From NCBI GenBank assembly GCA_009602735.1, contig WELA01001462.1, positions 567,914-613,016 on the forward strand: a DNA stretch of 45,103 nucleotides, written 5' to 3'. A program made the translations under genes and the position numbers. Below are positions 10,853 through 22,200 of the stretch, one piece after another. The DNA is from Mesotaenium endlicherianum. Its lineage: Eukaryota. Below the pieces are notes generated by a model that ran no database searches, was not told the origin of the DNA, and was given only the letters and a program-made list of their open reading frames with translations. The first letter of the stretch is position 1. Each line of letters starts with the position of its first letter.

Positions 10853-13800
10853 TCAATTTTTCCTCTTTCTTGTTCTTGCAGGCTGCCTCCAAGGGGTCTT
10901 CTGCTGCTTCTTGATGGTGGCAGGCTGCCTCCCTGAAGTCTTCGGGCTTCTAGTAGAGAGACTTGGGGCTGGTCCAAGATGGGGGTTGGCGGCATGGAAG
11001 CGCTTCAACTTTCTCTGAACTTTGTCAAGGTAGTGCGCCGCCACCCAACTATTCTCCGAATCTGGATATCCTTTCCACTTGATCAAGTATTGCTGCTGTC
11101 TCCTGAAATTTCTCATAGCCACTATGTCTTCCACTTCGTACTCCAAATGATCATCCACTATTGTTGGGGCTGGTGGGGTTGTCACACGTCCTGGGAACTT
11201 GTTGTCGGGTTGCACATATGGCTTGAAGAGGGAAGCGTGGAATACGGGGTCGATGTGCATAGTCTGGGGAAGTTCTAGCTTGAAAGCAACGGGGTTGACT
11301 TGCTGGATAATCTTGAAGGGTCCCAAATACTTGGGAGAGAACTTGCTGCCGGCAGGCCTGTTGTTCAGGGAAATGTTCTTGGATGATAGTAACACGTTGT
11401 CACCCACTCTGTACGTAATTTCTCTTCTGGATCTGTTCGCCACTCTTGCTTGAGCATCTTGCGCGTGTTGTAGAGCTTTCTTCGCTGCTGTAAGGGCTGC
11501 TTCTAATGTCTCCATAAAATCTGTGGCTGCAGGTACTTCATCATGGCCAGCCGTGAAGCTCAGTGGCGTGGTCGGATGGAAGCCATAGTTGAGGAAGAAT
11601 GGGGACTCTTGGGTAGAGGCCTGCGTAGTGTTGTTGTAGGCAAACTCGAGGGGGGTCAAGTACATGTCCCAGTCTTGCTCGAGGGTAGACACGTAGGCCT
11701 TTAGAGAGGTCTTTAGGGTACGATTCATACGCTCGGTTTGCCCATCTGATTGTGGGTGGTAGGCAGTAGACATATCCAGCGATGTACCCAAGTTCTTGAA
11801 GAGATTTTTCCAGAAATGGCTTGTGAATCTTGGATCTCTATCTGACACAATTCTTGATGGTAGTCCATGGAGTCGGAAGATGTTGTCAAAGATGAGTCTT
11901 GCAAGTTGTGGTGCTGTAGCCTTAGTCGTCGTGGGAATAAAATGAGCCATCTTGGTAAGTCTGTCCACCGCCGTGAGTATTGCATTATGGCCTCGAGGTG
12001 TCACGGGCAAGTCCACGATAAGGTCCATTGAGATGTCCGTCCATTGTCTTTCGGGGATTGGTAGTGGTTGGAGGAGTCCTCCCGCCTTTTGCGATGATGG
12101 CTTGATTCTTTGGCATGTGTCACAGCTCCTGCAGTACTCCTTGACTTGCTTAGACATGCCTGGCCAACAATAAGTCCTAGCTAGAACGCCCGTGGTCCTT
12201 AGGATTCCAAAGTGTCCTCCAAGAGGGTTGTCGTGTGCTTCTCGTAGAAGCAAGAGCCGGAGGTCTAAGTCATTAGGAACACATCTCTGGCCCGTATCTT
12301 GCCTCACCCAATAATTGCCTTCTTGCTTCTTGCATGGGTCCAAGGCTGCTTCTCCGTTCTTGTAGTAAGGGTCTCTTTCATAGGCGGCTGAAAATCGAGC
12401 TTCCAGATCTGTCTTCAGGGATACCATCACTGCATTTAATTGCAGTCTTGAGAGGGGGTCAGCCGGGTTTGTCTTGCCGGGCTGGTACTGAATCGTGATG
12501 TTGTATTGTTGCAAGTATCCGCTCCATCTTGCTTGTCTCCTTGAGAGATACGGCTGCGTTTGGAGGTGCTTTAACGCCTCGTGGTCCGTGGTGACCAGTA
12601 CTTTGCGTCCTTCAACGTAGCAGCGCCAAACCTTCAAGGCATGTACAATCGCCAATGCCTCTCGCTCCGTGGTTGTATAATTTTGCTCGGCTGGATTTAG
12701 CTTCCTTGACTCGTAGGCGATGGGCTGCAGTCCCTTGCCTTGGTCTTGAAGCAGGATTGCTCCTATTGCATAGGAAGATGCATCGGTGATGACGTGGAAG
12801 GGCCAATCTGGGTTTGGACTTGGGAGTGTGAGCACCGGGGATGTGGTCAATCTTCGCTTTAACTCTTGAAATGCCTCTTCCTCTTTCTCGGTCCATGTAT
12901 ATAGCCTGTCCTTCTTGAGTAGATCTGTCAGGGGGGCTGCTATGTGCGAGAAGCCTTGGATGAATTTTCTGTACCAATTGGCAAATCCCAAGAATGACTG
13001 GAGTTCTTTCTTGGTCGTGGGGGTTGGCCATTCCTCCACCACCGTGGTCTTCTTGGGGTCTATCTTGATGCCATCAGCAGTCACGTGGAGACCTAGGAAC
13101 TCCACTTCTTGTTTGGCAAACTCGCATTTTGACTCCTTCGCAAACAGCTTGTTTTGCTTCAATACTTCAAGGACTTCTTTCAAGTGTCTCGCATGCTCTT
13201 CAAGGGTCTTGCTGTAGATAAGGATGTCATCGATGAATACCACCACAAATCTGTCCAACATGGGCTGAAATATGGTGTTCATCATAGTCATGAAAGTTGC
13301 TGGCGCGTTGGTGAGTCCAAATGGCAGGACCATGAACTCAAAATGTCCATATCTTGTCCTGAATGCCGTCTTCTCTATGTCCGGTTCTGCGATGCGAATC
13401 TGGTGGTAGCCGCTCCGTAAGTCAATCTTCGTGAAGTACTTGGCTCCAACCAGCCGGTCCATGAGCTCATCCATGCGCGGCAGCGGGTATCGATTCTTGA
13501 TGGTGATCTTGTTGAGGGCGCGATAGTCCACACACATCCTCAAGGTACCATCTTTCTTCTTGACAAATAGCACCGGGGCTCCAAATGGCGACTTGCTAGG
13601 TCGAATGAAGCCATGCTCCAGTAGCTCCTTGATTTGCTTCTTGACTTCGTCTAGCTCCGTGTATGACATTTTGAACGTAGGCCGAGAGATGGGCTTGCTT
13701 CCGGGCTCCAACTCTATCTTGTGGTCTACGAATCTTTTGGGGGGTAGGCCCTTGGGCAATTCCGGGGAGAACACTTCTTTGTAGTCCTCTAAGACTTCTT

Positions 13801-14461
13801 GTATCTCCTTGGGAACGGGGCTGCCTTCTTGACTCTCGATGTCTTTCTTGATGTCTTTTGGCGTGATCAAGGCCAAAAGAAGCTCGTGTCCCTTCCTCAC
13901 AAGTCTCTTGAGTTGGAGGGCGGACAATAGTATCTCGTGTGCCGGCTTCTGGATGTCTTGGGTCTGGATATTCTGGATTGCGCGCAAAATACAGATTCTT
14001 GAAGTGATGTCATTCTTGATCTTGATAGTACCGGTCCTCCAATCAACTTGGGGGTTGTGCTTGGTCAACCAAGGCGTCCCTAGGATGACGTCGTACTTGC
14101 CCAATTGCATGGGGGAGAACACTACTCTATCCTTGAAGGACTTGATAGAGAGTGCCAAGGGGTACGTCTTCTTGGAAGGGGTAGTATAGGAGAATCCATC
14201 GGGCATCATAATCTCCTCGTCGTGGTCAAGAGTTCGCATAGTAATACCGTGCTTGGTGGCAAAATCTGCAGCAATGAAGTTGCCTTGAGCTCCGCTATCC
14301 ACCAAGATGTGGACCTTCTCTCCTCCAAGGTAACCTCTCAAACTCATTGGGGCTGGAACGTCGTCTTCAACGGGGGTCTCCACCTCACTTGGCGTGTTGC
14401 CTTCTCGTGAAGTGGGTCTTGGGGTGGTAGGCTCCTGGCCTACCGGCGCTGTCCGTTTTTT
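10853..14461 (-). CDS. pol: Pol polyprotein: aspartic protease, reverse transcriptase, RNase H, integrase, chromodomain; probably reached by a -1 frameshift
   Basis: [42 protein letters not shown]-x6-H...CRSCDTC, DLI...SDRD...[17 protein letters not shown]...[15 protein letters not shown]. The ORF is open from 14518 in the -1 frame relative to gag. Confidence 0.97.
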   Translation of the reverse strand, partial: KKRTAPVGQEPTTPRPTSREGNTPSEVETPVEDDVPAPMSLRGYLGGEKVHILVDSGAQGNFIAADFATKHGITMRTLDHDEEIMMPDGFSYTTPSKKTYPLALSIKSFKDRVVFSPMQLGKYDVILGTPWLTKHNPQVDWRTGTIKIKNDITSRICILRAIQNIQTQDIQKPAHEILLSALQLKRLVRKGHELLLALITPKDIKKDIESQEGSPVPKEIQEVLEDYKEVFSPELPKGLPPKRFVDHKIELEPGSKPISRPTFKMSYTELDEVKKQIKELLEHGFIRPSKSPFGAPVLFVKKKDGTLRMCVDYRALNKITIKNRYPLPRMDELMDRLVGAKYFTKIDLRSGYHQIRIAEPDIEKTAFRTRYGHFEFMVLPFGLTNAPATFMTMMNTIFQPMLDRFVVVFIDDILIYSKTLEEHARHLKEVLEVLKQNKLFAKESKCEFAKQEVEFLGLHVTADGIKIDPKKTTVVEEWPTPTTKKELQSFLGFANWYRKFIQGFSHIAAPLTDLLKKDRLYTWTEKEEEAFQELKRRLTTSPVLTLPSPNPDWPFHVITDASSYAIGAILLQDQGKGLQPIAYESRKLNPAEQNYTTTEREALAIVHALKVWRCYVEGRKVLVTTDHEALKHLQTQPYLSRRQARWSGYLQQYNITIQYQPGKTNPADPLSRLQLNAVMVSLKTDLEARFSAAYERDPYYKNGEAALDPCKKQEGNYWVRQDTGQRCVPNDLDLRLLLLREAHDNPLGGHFGILRTTGVLARTYCWPGMSKQVKEYCRSCDTCQRIKPSSQKAGGLLQPLPIPERQWTDISMDLIVDLPVTPRGHNAILTAVDRLTKMAHFIPTTTKATAPQLARLIFDNIFRLHGLPSRIVSDRDPRFTSHFWKNLFKNLGTSLDMSTAYHPQSDGQTERMNRTLKTSLKAYVSTLEQDWDMYLTPLEFAYNNTTQASTQESPFFLNYGFHPTTPLSFTAGHDEVPAATDFMETLEAALTAAKKALQHAQDAQARVANRSRREITYRVGDNVLLSSKNISLNNRPAGSKFSPKYLGPFKIIQQVNPVAFKLELPQTMHIDPVFHASLFKPYVQPDNKFPGRVTTPPAPTIVDDHLEYEVEDIVAMRNFRRQQQYLIKWKGYPDSENSWVAAHYLDKVQRKLKRFHAANPHLGPAPSLSTRSPKTSGRQPATIKKQQKTPWRQPARTRKRKN
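14426..14461 (-). promoter_or_regulatory. Predicted -1 ribosomal frameshift signal
   Basis: A AAA AAC in the gag frame (14461-14455), a 10-nt spacer, then the hairpin GGTAGGC-CAGGA-GCCTACC (14444-14426). The same signal is at 233-268. Confidence 0.75.
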
Positions 14462-15720
14462 GACAACTTTTTGGGGCATGAAAGTGCACGATGGCCCTTT
14501 TCCTTGCAATAAAAGCATAGTCCAGCCGTCATGAGAGCTTCTTTTTCAGCCGGGGAGAGTCTTGCTTTCACTCCTTGCTGGTTTCTTGCATCATAAGTGT
14601 CATTGGAGGGTCTTCCACTCTTCCGGGCAGCCGCGGGGTCCCTTTTAATAACTCCGATTTCCATGGGTGTGGGTCCAGATTCGGATGTGGAAGGGGCTGC
14701 GTACACCCGCGTCGTCGGTACCCGTGAAGATGAAGGCACGGAGTGCTTGAAATCCAAGGTATCCACCTTTTGGGCCACTTCAATGATCTTTGAGAAGTCC
14801 GTCAAGTCGCGTAACTCCACTTCCTTTGCCACCTTGGGTTTGAGGCCAAAGATGTAGCGGTCAATCTTCTCCTCGAGAGACATGTTGGGGATCTCAAGAG
14901 TGAGGGCGTGAAATCTGGATGTATACTCTTGAACGGACGTCGTTTGCTTGAGATGGTGGAGCTTTCCTCGGGCAATCTTCTCCGCATTGATGGGCATGAA
15001 TTGCTTCTTGAGGGCCTCACGAAAATCTGCCCATCTTGCATATGATGGTGGGGGCTCTTGGCCGAGCATGGGGTGCGCCATAGCTTGATATATAGCCGCT
15101 TGATAGTTACGCCACCATGATGTTGCTGCTCCTCTAAGTAAGGTAACGGCAAAGGGAACGTAGTCCTCCTCGGGTACTTCAAGGAATGCGAGGTACGTCT
15201 CCACTTGGTAGAGCCATAAATTCAGGTTGGCACCTTTCCCGGGGTTGAAAGTGTCGGGTTTGCCGGGCTTGATGAGTTTCCTTGCTCTCGTTGGCTCTTG
15301 TGGAGGCGCTTGAGCCGGGGCTGGATTTTGAGCATTGCTCGCAATAGGGGCAACCATGGCAGCCATAGCTTCTCTTGACGCTTGCACGGTTGCTTCATAG
15401 GTGGCCAAGCCCACTTGGTTGTGGACGGTCATTAGGAAGGCTGCCCACTCATTTGCGGGAACTCCTTGTGGTGGGGTCAACTTTGCTATAGCGGCTGCCA
15501 CGGGATTTGACGGTGCTCCTCCTTGTGGTGCTTCTTGTTGTTGGAGATTTCCTTGAGTAGGCTCTCCCATCGACGCTGGAGGAGGGTGTGCTCCTCCTTG
15601 TGGTGCTTCTTGTTGTTGCAGATTTTCTTGAGTGGGCTCTCCCATCGGCGCTGGAGGAGGGTGTCTTGGAGAGGAAGGGCTTCCTTCGAAAGCTTGCTGT
15701 TGGTCTTGAGGATCGGCCAT
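14440..15720 (-). CDS. gag: Gag of the intact element
   Basis: 426 aa, same translation as 247-1527; CCHC knuckle; two 25-aa Pro/Gln-rich repeats near the N-terminus. Confidence 0.96.
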   Translation of the reverse strand: MADPQDQQQAFEGSPSSPRHPPPAPMGEPTQENLQQQEAPQGGAHPPPASMGEPTQGNLQQQEAPQGGAPSNPVAAAIAKLTPPQGVPANEWAAFLMTVHNQVGLATYEATVQASREAMAAMVAPIASNAQNPAPAQAPPQEPTRARKLIKPGKPDTFNPGKGANLNLWLYQVETYLAFLEVPEEDYVPFAVTLLRGAATSWWRNYQAAIYQAMAHPMLGQEPPPSYARWADFREALKKQFMPINAEKIARGKLHHLKQTTSVQEYTSRFHALTLEIPNMSLEEKIDRYIFGLKPKVAKEVELRDLTDFSKIIEVAQKVDTLDFKHSVPSSSRVPTTRVYAAPSTSESGPTPMEIGVIKRDPAAARKSGRPSNDTYDARNQQGVKARLSPAEKEALMTAGLCFYCKEKGHRALSCPKKLSKNGQRR

Positions 15721-15740
15721 CTTCTTGTGCTACCAAAGTG

Positions 15741-15756
15741 CCTAGCTCCGATACCA
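15741..15756 (-). promoter_or_regulatory. Primer binding site, tRNA-iMet type
   Basis: TGGTATCGGAGCTAGG lies 1 nt from the LTR; the canonical plant iMet PBS is TGGTATCAGAGC. Confidence 0.85.
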
Positions 15757-15757
15757 C

Positions 15758-16260
15758 TGTAGTGAAACAGATAGATAAAGTACTTAGTAAAACAGAATAC
15801 TTTATCTATTCAAGACAAGGATCTTTGAACACAAGTGGTAGCTTCTTGAAAGAGAGATGGCTTCTTGAAAGTTAATATATTTCTGGATTTTGGCAAGTAC
15901 AAGAGTGATTCTGGAATGTCTTTCTATGTTCTAGCTCTTGTTTATATACTTGCTACATAAGTAATTTCTAGGAAGGTGTATGTTGATGTGTTGGCACCCA
16001 ACACATCCCAAAACTTGCCACCTCTTTCTAGAATAATGTACACATGTCCTTTTGACCTAAAAATGGCACATCTGACTTTTGCCACATGGAGTTCTTCTAG
16101 GTCTTTCCTCTAACTTCGAAAATGCCTTGAAAGGTTCAAAGGACATGAACCAAGTTACTAGAGTACCTATTCACACTTGACTCCACACCATACTACTTCA
16201 AATATATTTGAAAACATTAAAATATATGCAAACTAATGTATAATAACTCAAATCACTACA
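15758..16260 (-). repeat. 5' LTR of the intact element
   Basis: TG...CA, 503 bp, adjacent PBS, TSD GTCAT at 16261-16265. Confidence 0.96.
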
Positions 16261-16340
16261 GTCATGGTGGGTGAAGAAGAAAGTCCCGGAGAGAAATATG
16301 TGGGTGGTGTTGTGAAAATGTCTTGTTGTTGCAAGAACTT
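16261..16340 (-). pseudogene. Upstream (N-terminal) continuation of the hAT transposase reading frame; true 5' limit uncertain
   Basis: Excising 9581-16260 plus one TSD joins ...TTPPTYFSPGLSSSPTMT to VDHTPPESEEDD in frame. Confidence 0.65.
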
Positions 16341-19271
16341 GTAGTGCACTTCCCTCAGCATTCTATCGCCCCTAAGAACCACACTGTGGTGGAGAACACG
16401 GACACCATTTAGGTAGTGGGTAAAAGAGGTGGAGAGATTTGAAATTCGAATTGATGTCCTAATCTGATTGGACTGAAGAGGATGGAAGTTCTTTATTGGC
16501 CACACAGAATGCACAGAACTGCAGATACGTATTAATTGGCTGCTGGGAATGACACACTGACATCACAAGTAAGAAGTTTGAGCATAACATAGCACATGCA
16601 CTCATCAAAGAAGATTTCGCGAGAAATTCGAACACTTCAAAGTTGAAAGTTGAAGCCATTTTTTTGCCCAAAATTTAGTTGTTGTTCGTTTCCTAGAGAA
16701 AGATGCAAAGCGTCAATGGCCGACTGATGAGAGAGTCGGCACAATTGAAACTGGACAAATCGGCAGCATGTAAGCGTGTGAGGTGAGTGACCTGTCAGCG
16801 AAGCAAAATGAGAAGGAAGTTTTAGAAGCGGCCCTAAATTTGTCGGTTCCACACGGCACCACACGCTTGTAAGCCGGCAACCGATTTAAACTACCGACAC
16901 TCACGTATTTCGGCGAATTCGAACGTGCAGGGTTGACTCTCAAGTTCTGTACGAGCCGGATATCCGCTCACACGTGTGCGGCGTATACGAATTTCATAAC
17001 ACTGCTTGCTCTCATCTACATTTTGCATAGACTTCACTATCTTGCAGCTCCGAGCTCAGCCGTGTCTGCTTTGCTGTGCTCGGCATGTCCGCTCTCGTAC
17101 TTGCTAAGAAACTCTGCATGTAATCTAGCGAGCTCAATAGCAATCAATTGGCTCACAACGCTAGGCCTACCGGTCGGATTGAGCTGCTTGCCATTGAGCT
17201 GCTCGCCATTCGATGGGACCTTGTTAGTTCCTTCCTGACTCCCCTTTCCTGTTTCTACCATTGTTTCCAACTGTACAAATGCGCTCGCGTCTCTATTACT
17301 TGCCGCGCTGTGATACTCACTCAATCGCTGCTGTATGCCTAGTCTAGATTGTTTAAAATGTTGTGCTCAGCTACATATTAGTGTCTCGACTAGCTTCGTC
17401 TACGCGCCTAAGTGTAGCAAATACTTCCTGCTGCAATGAAGGCTTGCTTTGCAAGAAAAAGCCTTTACGAGGTTTAGGTGTGTCGATCAAACACGGCACA
17501 TGTGAAAGTCGACACTTTGGTCACTTGTCAAAATAGAATCTTGTATATGTAGTATTCAGAATATAGTTTGATAAAGCTAGACTTATCGTGAGTCATCCAC
17601 TTCCTCGCGACAGTGACGCCGCCAATCAGCTGCGAGCGCCTGTTGCAGGCATTGCGGCAGCAGCCCTATATCAAGCGTAGCACCGCAAAAGTGTGTTCAT
17701 TGCACTCTATGATCCCCCCACCCACCCGTACGCATGTAAGATGCCAACCTCTCCACGACGTCCTAGGCACGTACAGGATCAGCTCAAAATTACATTCCTT
17801 AGGCTCCATAGGACAAATAGACTACGTATAACTCCCATCCAGTACTAATTATAGACATGATACCGCGGTCATTGTAAATTGCTATTAGTTTGCCATAAAA
17901 ATAAACATTTCTTGCCACATAAATCTAAGCGCTATCGAACTTCAATTTTGTATGCCTCTCTTGCCCCAACGCGATGTTTTCACCATATTTGACAAAAACT
18001 TTCTACTCGGCCTGCGTATTAAAAACCCAAATTTTCCAATCTTGGTCTTCCACCAATTTGGTGCGTTCAGTCTAGCTAAGCATCCTTCAAAGACAATCAC
18101 TTATGATTGCTTGGAAGTCCTCACACAATTTTGGCCGTGTCAACGAACAAATCTCATGGTGTTTCAGATTTGACATACGTGTTATTTTCAAACCCTCCTT
18201 CCTTCCCTAATTTTTAGTATTGTGTACTTTTAGATTCCAAATGAAACTTTTGCACCTAGTCTTACGTGTCAACGCCGGGTCTCACAAGTGGCCTTCTAGG
18301 ACTTCGATGTGTTCGCCGTCAAGCCCCTGGTGCGTTGAGCTAGAGGTCTAATATGGCATTCACATCTCTTATTGGCTTCATGCCGTTTAATTGATTCTCC
18401 ACATAACTAACCACTTTCAACATGCTAGGGCATTCCGTACTAAAAATAGCTTTTAACAGCAATCTGAATGAAAGTTATTAACATGGCTTTAACTCCTTCG
18501 GCAAGCTAGCTTGTACAATTTTTCAACTAGTCTTCTCGGTGAAGGATAAATTGCACCACCATGCATTACAAAGCTTGGAAAGATTTAGGGAATATCTTCC
18601 AAGGAACTCACGAGTTTCAAGCTGAACTCCTTAGCAATTTTGTACAATATCACGCGAGTCACTGGAAAATGTCAAAATTTAGCAACACTCTTGTTGCCGC
18701 ACACCAATGGGACCACACACCACGCAAACAAATGGGGTATTCCCAAGTGGCGGACCATACTCCCAAACATGTCAAAAGTTGTATTGCATGTTGCACCCTC
18801 AAGTGATTCATGCAGCACCATACCTAGATAGTGTAAGGACTTAACATCTCTTTGTCTTTCCTCATCCCAACAAGTTCATTGCAAGATGAAAAGCAATTCA
18901 GGAATGCCCCTGTGACAATTGCTTTCAGTGACCTTGACGGTTTCATCAAAGTGACAACATGATGTGTGTGGGCCATATACCCGGCACAAAAAGACCTCAC
19001 ATATGTCCTCGTACGCCTATTGGTTGGAAGAGTCATCCACATTTCTCATGGGTCACCGGTCACCATACAAATTGTGGTCAATTTCCTTTCTTAAATGTCT
19101 TGCTCAAGCTCCAACCTCCAAACCAAAATGCGTACAGAATTTGTTTTCAATACAACCTGGATGTAAATGTTATCATGTATAAGAAAATACATGTCAAGGG
19201 TTTTTTCTGCCAATAATGATATATTGTACAAGAACTTAAGAGTACCCCTCTAGGGCTGTTTAGCACACATT

Positions 19272-22200
19272 TCAAAGCTCCCACCATTTCTTACTCTCGT
19301 ACTTCTTAGCAAGTGCCTCAGCCATGGCTGCGAAGTCTTCAGCACCACCTTGTAGTTCCTCCGTTGCTCGACCAATTTCCTGCACAAGATAATAATGTGC
19401 AACGTCCTTGAAGTTGACTGATAAAGACACCCTTGGGCACGTTCCTTCAGCCACAAGGTAGATTAGGCCATTCCCAATCTACGGGTTCAACCAGTGTACG
19501 CAGCCAAGTTGTCAACAATACACTTCATAGTGAGTCAGGACAATACTACAAGTCAGGAGAAAAGGACACGTTATGGGGTACTCGTACCTGGAGTTTTTCA
19601 CCGCGCTCCATGAGCTTGTCCCGTGCCTGCATGGCTGCACTGGCTGCGTCCTGAACCGGCCTCAACAAATTGTACGAGTCAGTTTCTAGGCAATTTGAAA
19701 GCCCAATATAAAGTTCTGTGCAGCGAGTACAAGAGCAGAATGAGGAGAGTAGGGTGAAGGGACGGCACATACAGAAGCCGTCTTCTTGCTGCTGTAGCCA
19801 TAAGCGGCTTTGATCTCCTCCGCAGTGCGCTGTTTGGGAGATGGCATGCTGCTGCCAGTTACAGCATTCTGACTGGGAGTGCTAAGCAGCATGCTCCTGG
19901 CATCACCACTCTTTCGGAAGAAAGAACTCAAGGTGCTGGACTTCTTGTCTGGAATCTTGGGCTCGCATTGTGCATCAGGCAGAGATGGCAGAGGTGGCAG
20001 AATAATCTCTGGCTTTCCATCGCCTGAAAGAAAGTCACCGAATCAACAAACAGGGTCCCAGTGAGGCTCAACGGAAGGGGCCACAGCACTATGTTGTGTC
20101 CAGATTGCAAACTTTCAGGTGGTTGCACTCGTTCCAACAATTTTCAGTAAGACACACACATACACGTGCACAAGCCCTTGGACATAGAATCAAGCCAGGA
20201 GGGGAGGGCACGGAAGCGTACCCAGAGTGGAGTCATTGTCATCACCCTCATCATCAAGGTCCGCACTGTCCTGGCGGCGGCCTGGGACTGAGCGGCTAAA
20301 GGGGCTGGTGTCAAACAGCTGCGCCAGGGACAGGTTAGGAGGCAATGACTTGGATGATGATGATGGTGATGACGACGACTGTTGTAGGCTGCGCTTTGCA
20401 ATGGACCCAACGGCCGTCTTGGCGCTTGCCGTGACAGCAGTGCTTGCTGATGTGATGGCCTTGCTCATGCCCCCCAGAAGCTGCGCACACGACAACTGAC
20501 ACGTAAGCCTGCAGCTGTGCTTGTGAAAAAAGCAAAGCCACTTGGACGTGCTCATTGGCAGGGCAGGCACCTCCAGTCAGACTTACTTTCCCTCCAAGAG
20601 AGGAGCGATGCGTGAGTGGTGCAGGGCCAGCAGCAGCAGACGACGTCGTTGGAGAGAGGGGGGCCGGGACGGGTGGCATGATCTCACTCGTCTGCTGGCC
20701 TGCATGTGACTGCTGCTGCAGCTCTTCTGGCACAAGAGCAGCCCTCGCAGCTTCTGCAACCGTACGGTCGTGCAGTGACGGCAGTGTGGCCGGCAGCCTG
20801 TCATAGGGGGCCCGCACACGACAGGATCAGGACCATCGTATGAGTGCTGTTCACTGTCACCGGGTAACGGGCAGCGCATACATGTCAGGGCAGAGGGTTT
20901 GCGGATCCAGGCCGCCATATGCCTCATCACATACTAAAGAGTGGGGCAGTTGAGCGTGCCAGTAGGCAGAATCATGGGAGTGTCCCTCAGACCAGCCATA
21001 TTACGTACGCATGAGACCATCATATGAGGACAAAGTCACAACACTTGGATGCCACACGTTCGAGGGGAAGCGACGCCAAGATTGAGAGCAACATCAAGAG
21101 TCTGGGAGGTTGCTGTCGTGGGTGAGACAGACTCACCCTAGTGCATTTTCCGCCTGGAACAAGGACAGCCTGACCAGCTCTGTATCGCCCACCAGCTGCC
21201 GACTCACAGAATCATCCATGCGCACTAGCCAACCTGGTCATAAGGTTGTAAGCAGCACAAAATCAACAAACGCAGCCGAACCCGATGAGGAATACGACAC
21301 CATGAAGGGCAGTTGAGGAGGAGGGAGTACAAGAACGAGGCGGCCGTCGAAGGCGCAAGCACTTCTGCGGAGGGACGAGGCAGGCGCCTTGTGACGCCAG
21401 CCCAGAATGTTATTCACCGACACGGGACCCTCCACTTGGCTGAGATCTGGCAGAGATCTGGCGGCACAGCGCACACAAGCAAACACAAACAAGTGGGTTT
21501 GACGTTTTGCTGTGAGGGATTGGGCCGCATGTAAAAGAAGAGCACGGCAAAGTACAGAGTGCAGCAAACCCTGCAGTGAGTGCCTGGTACCTGATGTCAA
21601 GAGTGCCGGATGAAGAGAGCAGCGCGACCCCAAAGGGCAGGCAGGCCTGCTGCAGCCCAAACGTGGCACTCCAGCAGCACTGCCCTTCTAGCACAGCTAT
21701 CTTCTTCAGTGGGGTTGCCTCCGTCTGAAGAATGCTAGGGGTGGTGAAGAGGTAGAGGTAGTCGGCGGCCACCAGCAGAACGAGGTGAGCCTCCGGCCAG
21801 ACCGTCACGCGCGCGCTCTGCACTTCTGCATGCCCACTGCTCCTCGTAAGGGATGCAGAGCCAGCTTCTTCTGATTCTGCAGGCGTGCTTCCGTGCACCT
21901 CCTGCTCCTGCTCCCGCTCCTGCTCCTGTTCCTTCTCCTCCTCTCCAGCACTCATGGGAGGAGCTGCTACCGCAGTTTCTACGTCGCTGCCAGGTGCAGC
22001 TGCCACAGAGTCCCCACCCTGTTCCCGTCCTCGCCGTTCTTCTTCTTCTTCTTCTACTTCTTCTGCCTCGTGTCCAGACATGCCAGCAAGTGTGCCTGCA
22101 GAAGTAGGAGCAGCCGGCAGCGGGTTCTCCCGGGTGGAGTTGTCTCCCTCAGGGTCCAGACGAGGAGCTGCTGGTGCACTGTACTCGGCCCAGGCAGTGG

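Larger units (their letters stand above)
9581..16260 (-). mobile_element. Intact full-length Ty3/gypsy chromovirus, family A (6680 bp)
   Basis: LTRs 9581-10083 and 15758-16260 (503 bp, about 6 mismatches by eye), TSD GTCAT on both sides, PBS 15741-15756, PPT next to the 3' LTR, open gag and pol. Confidence 0.97.
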
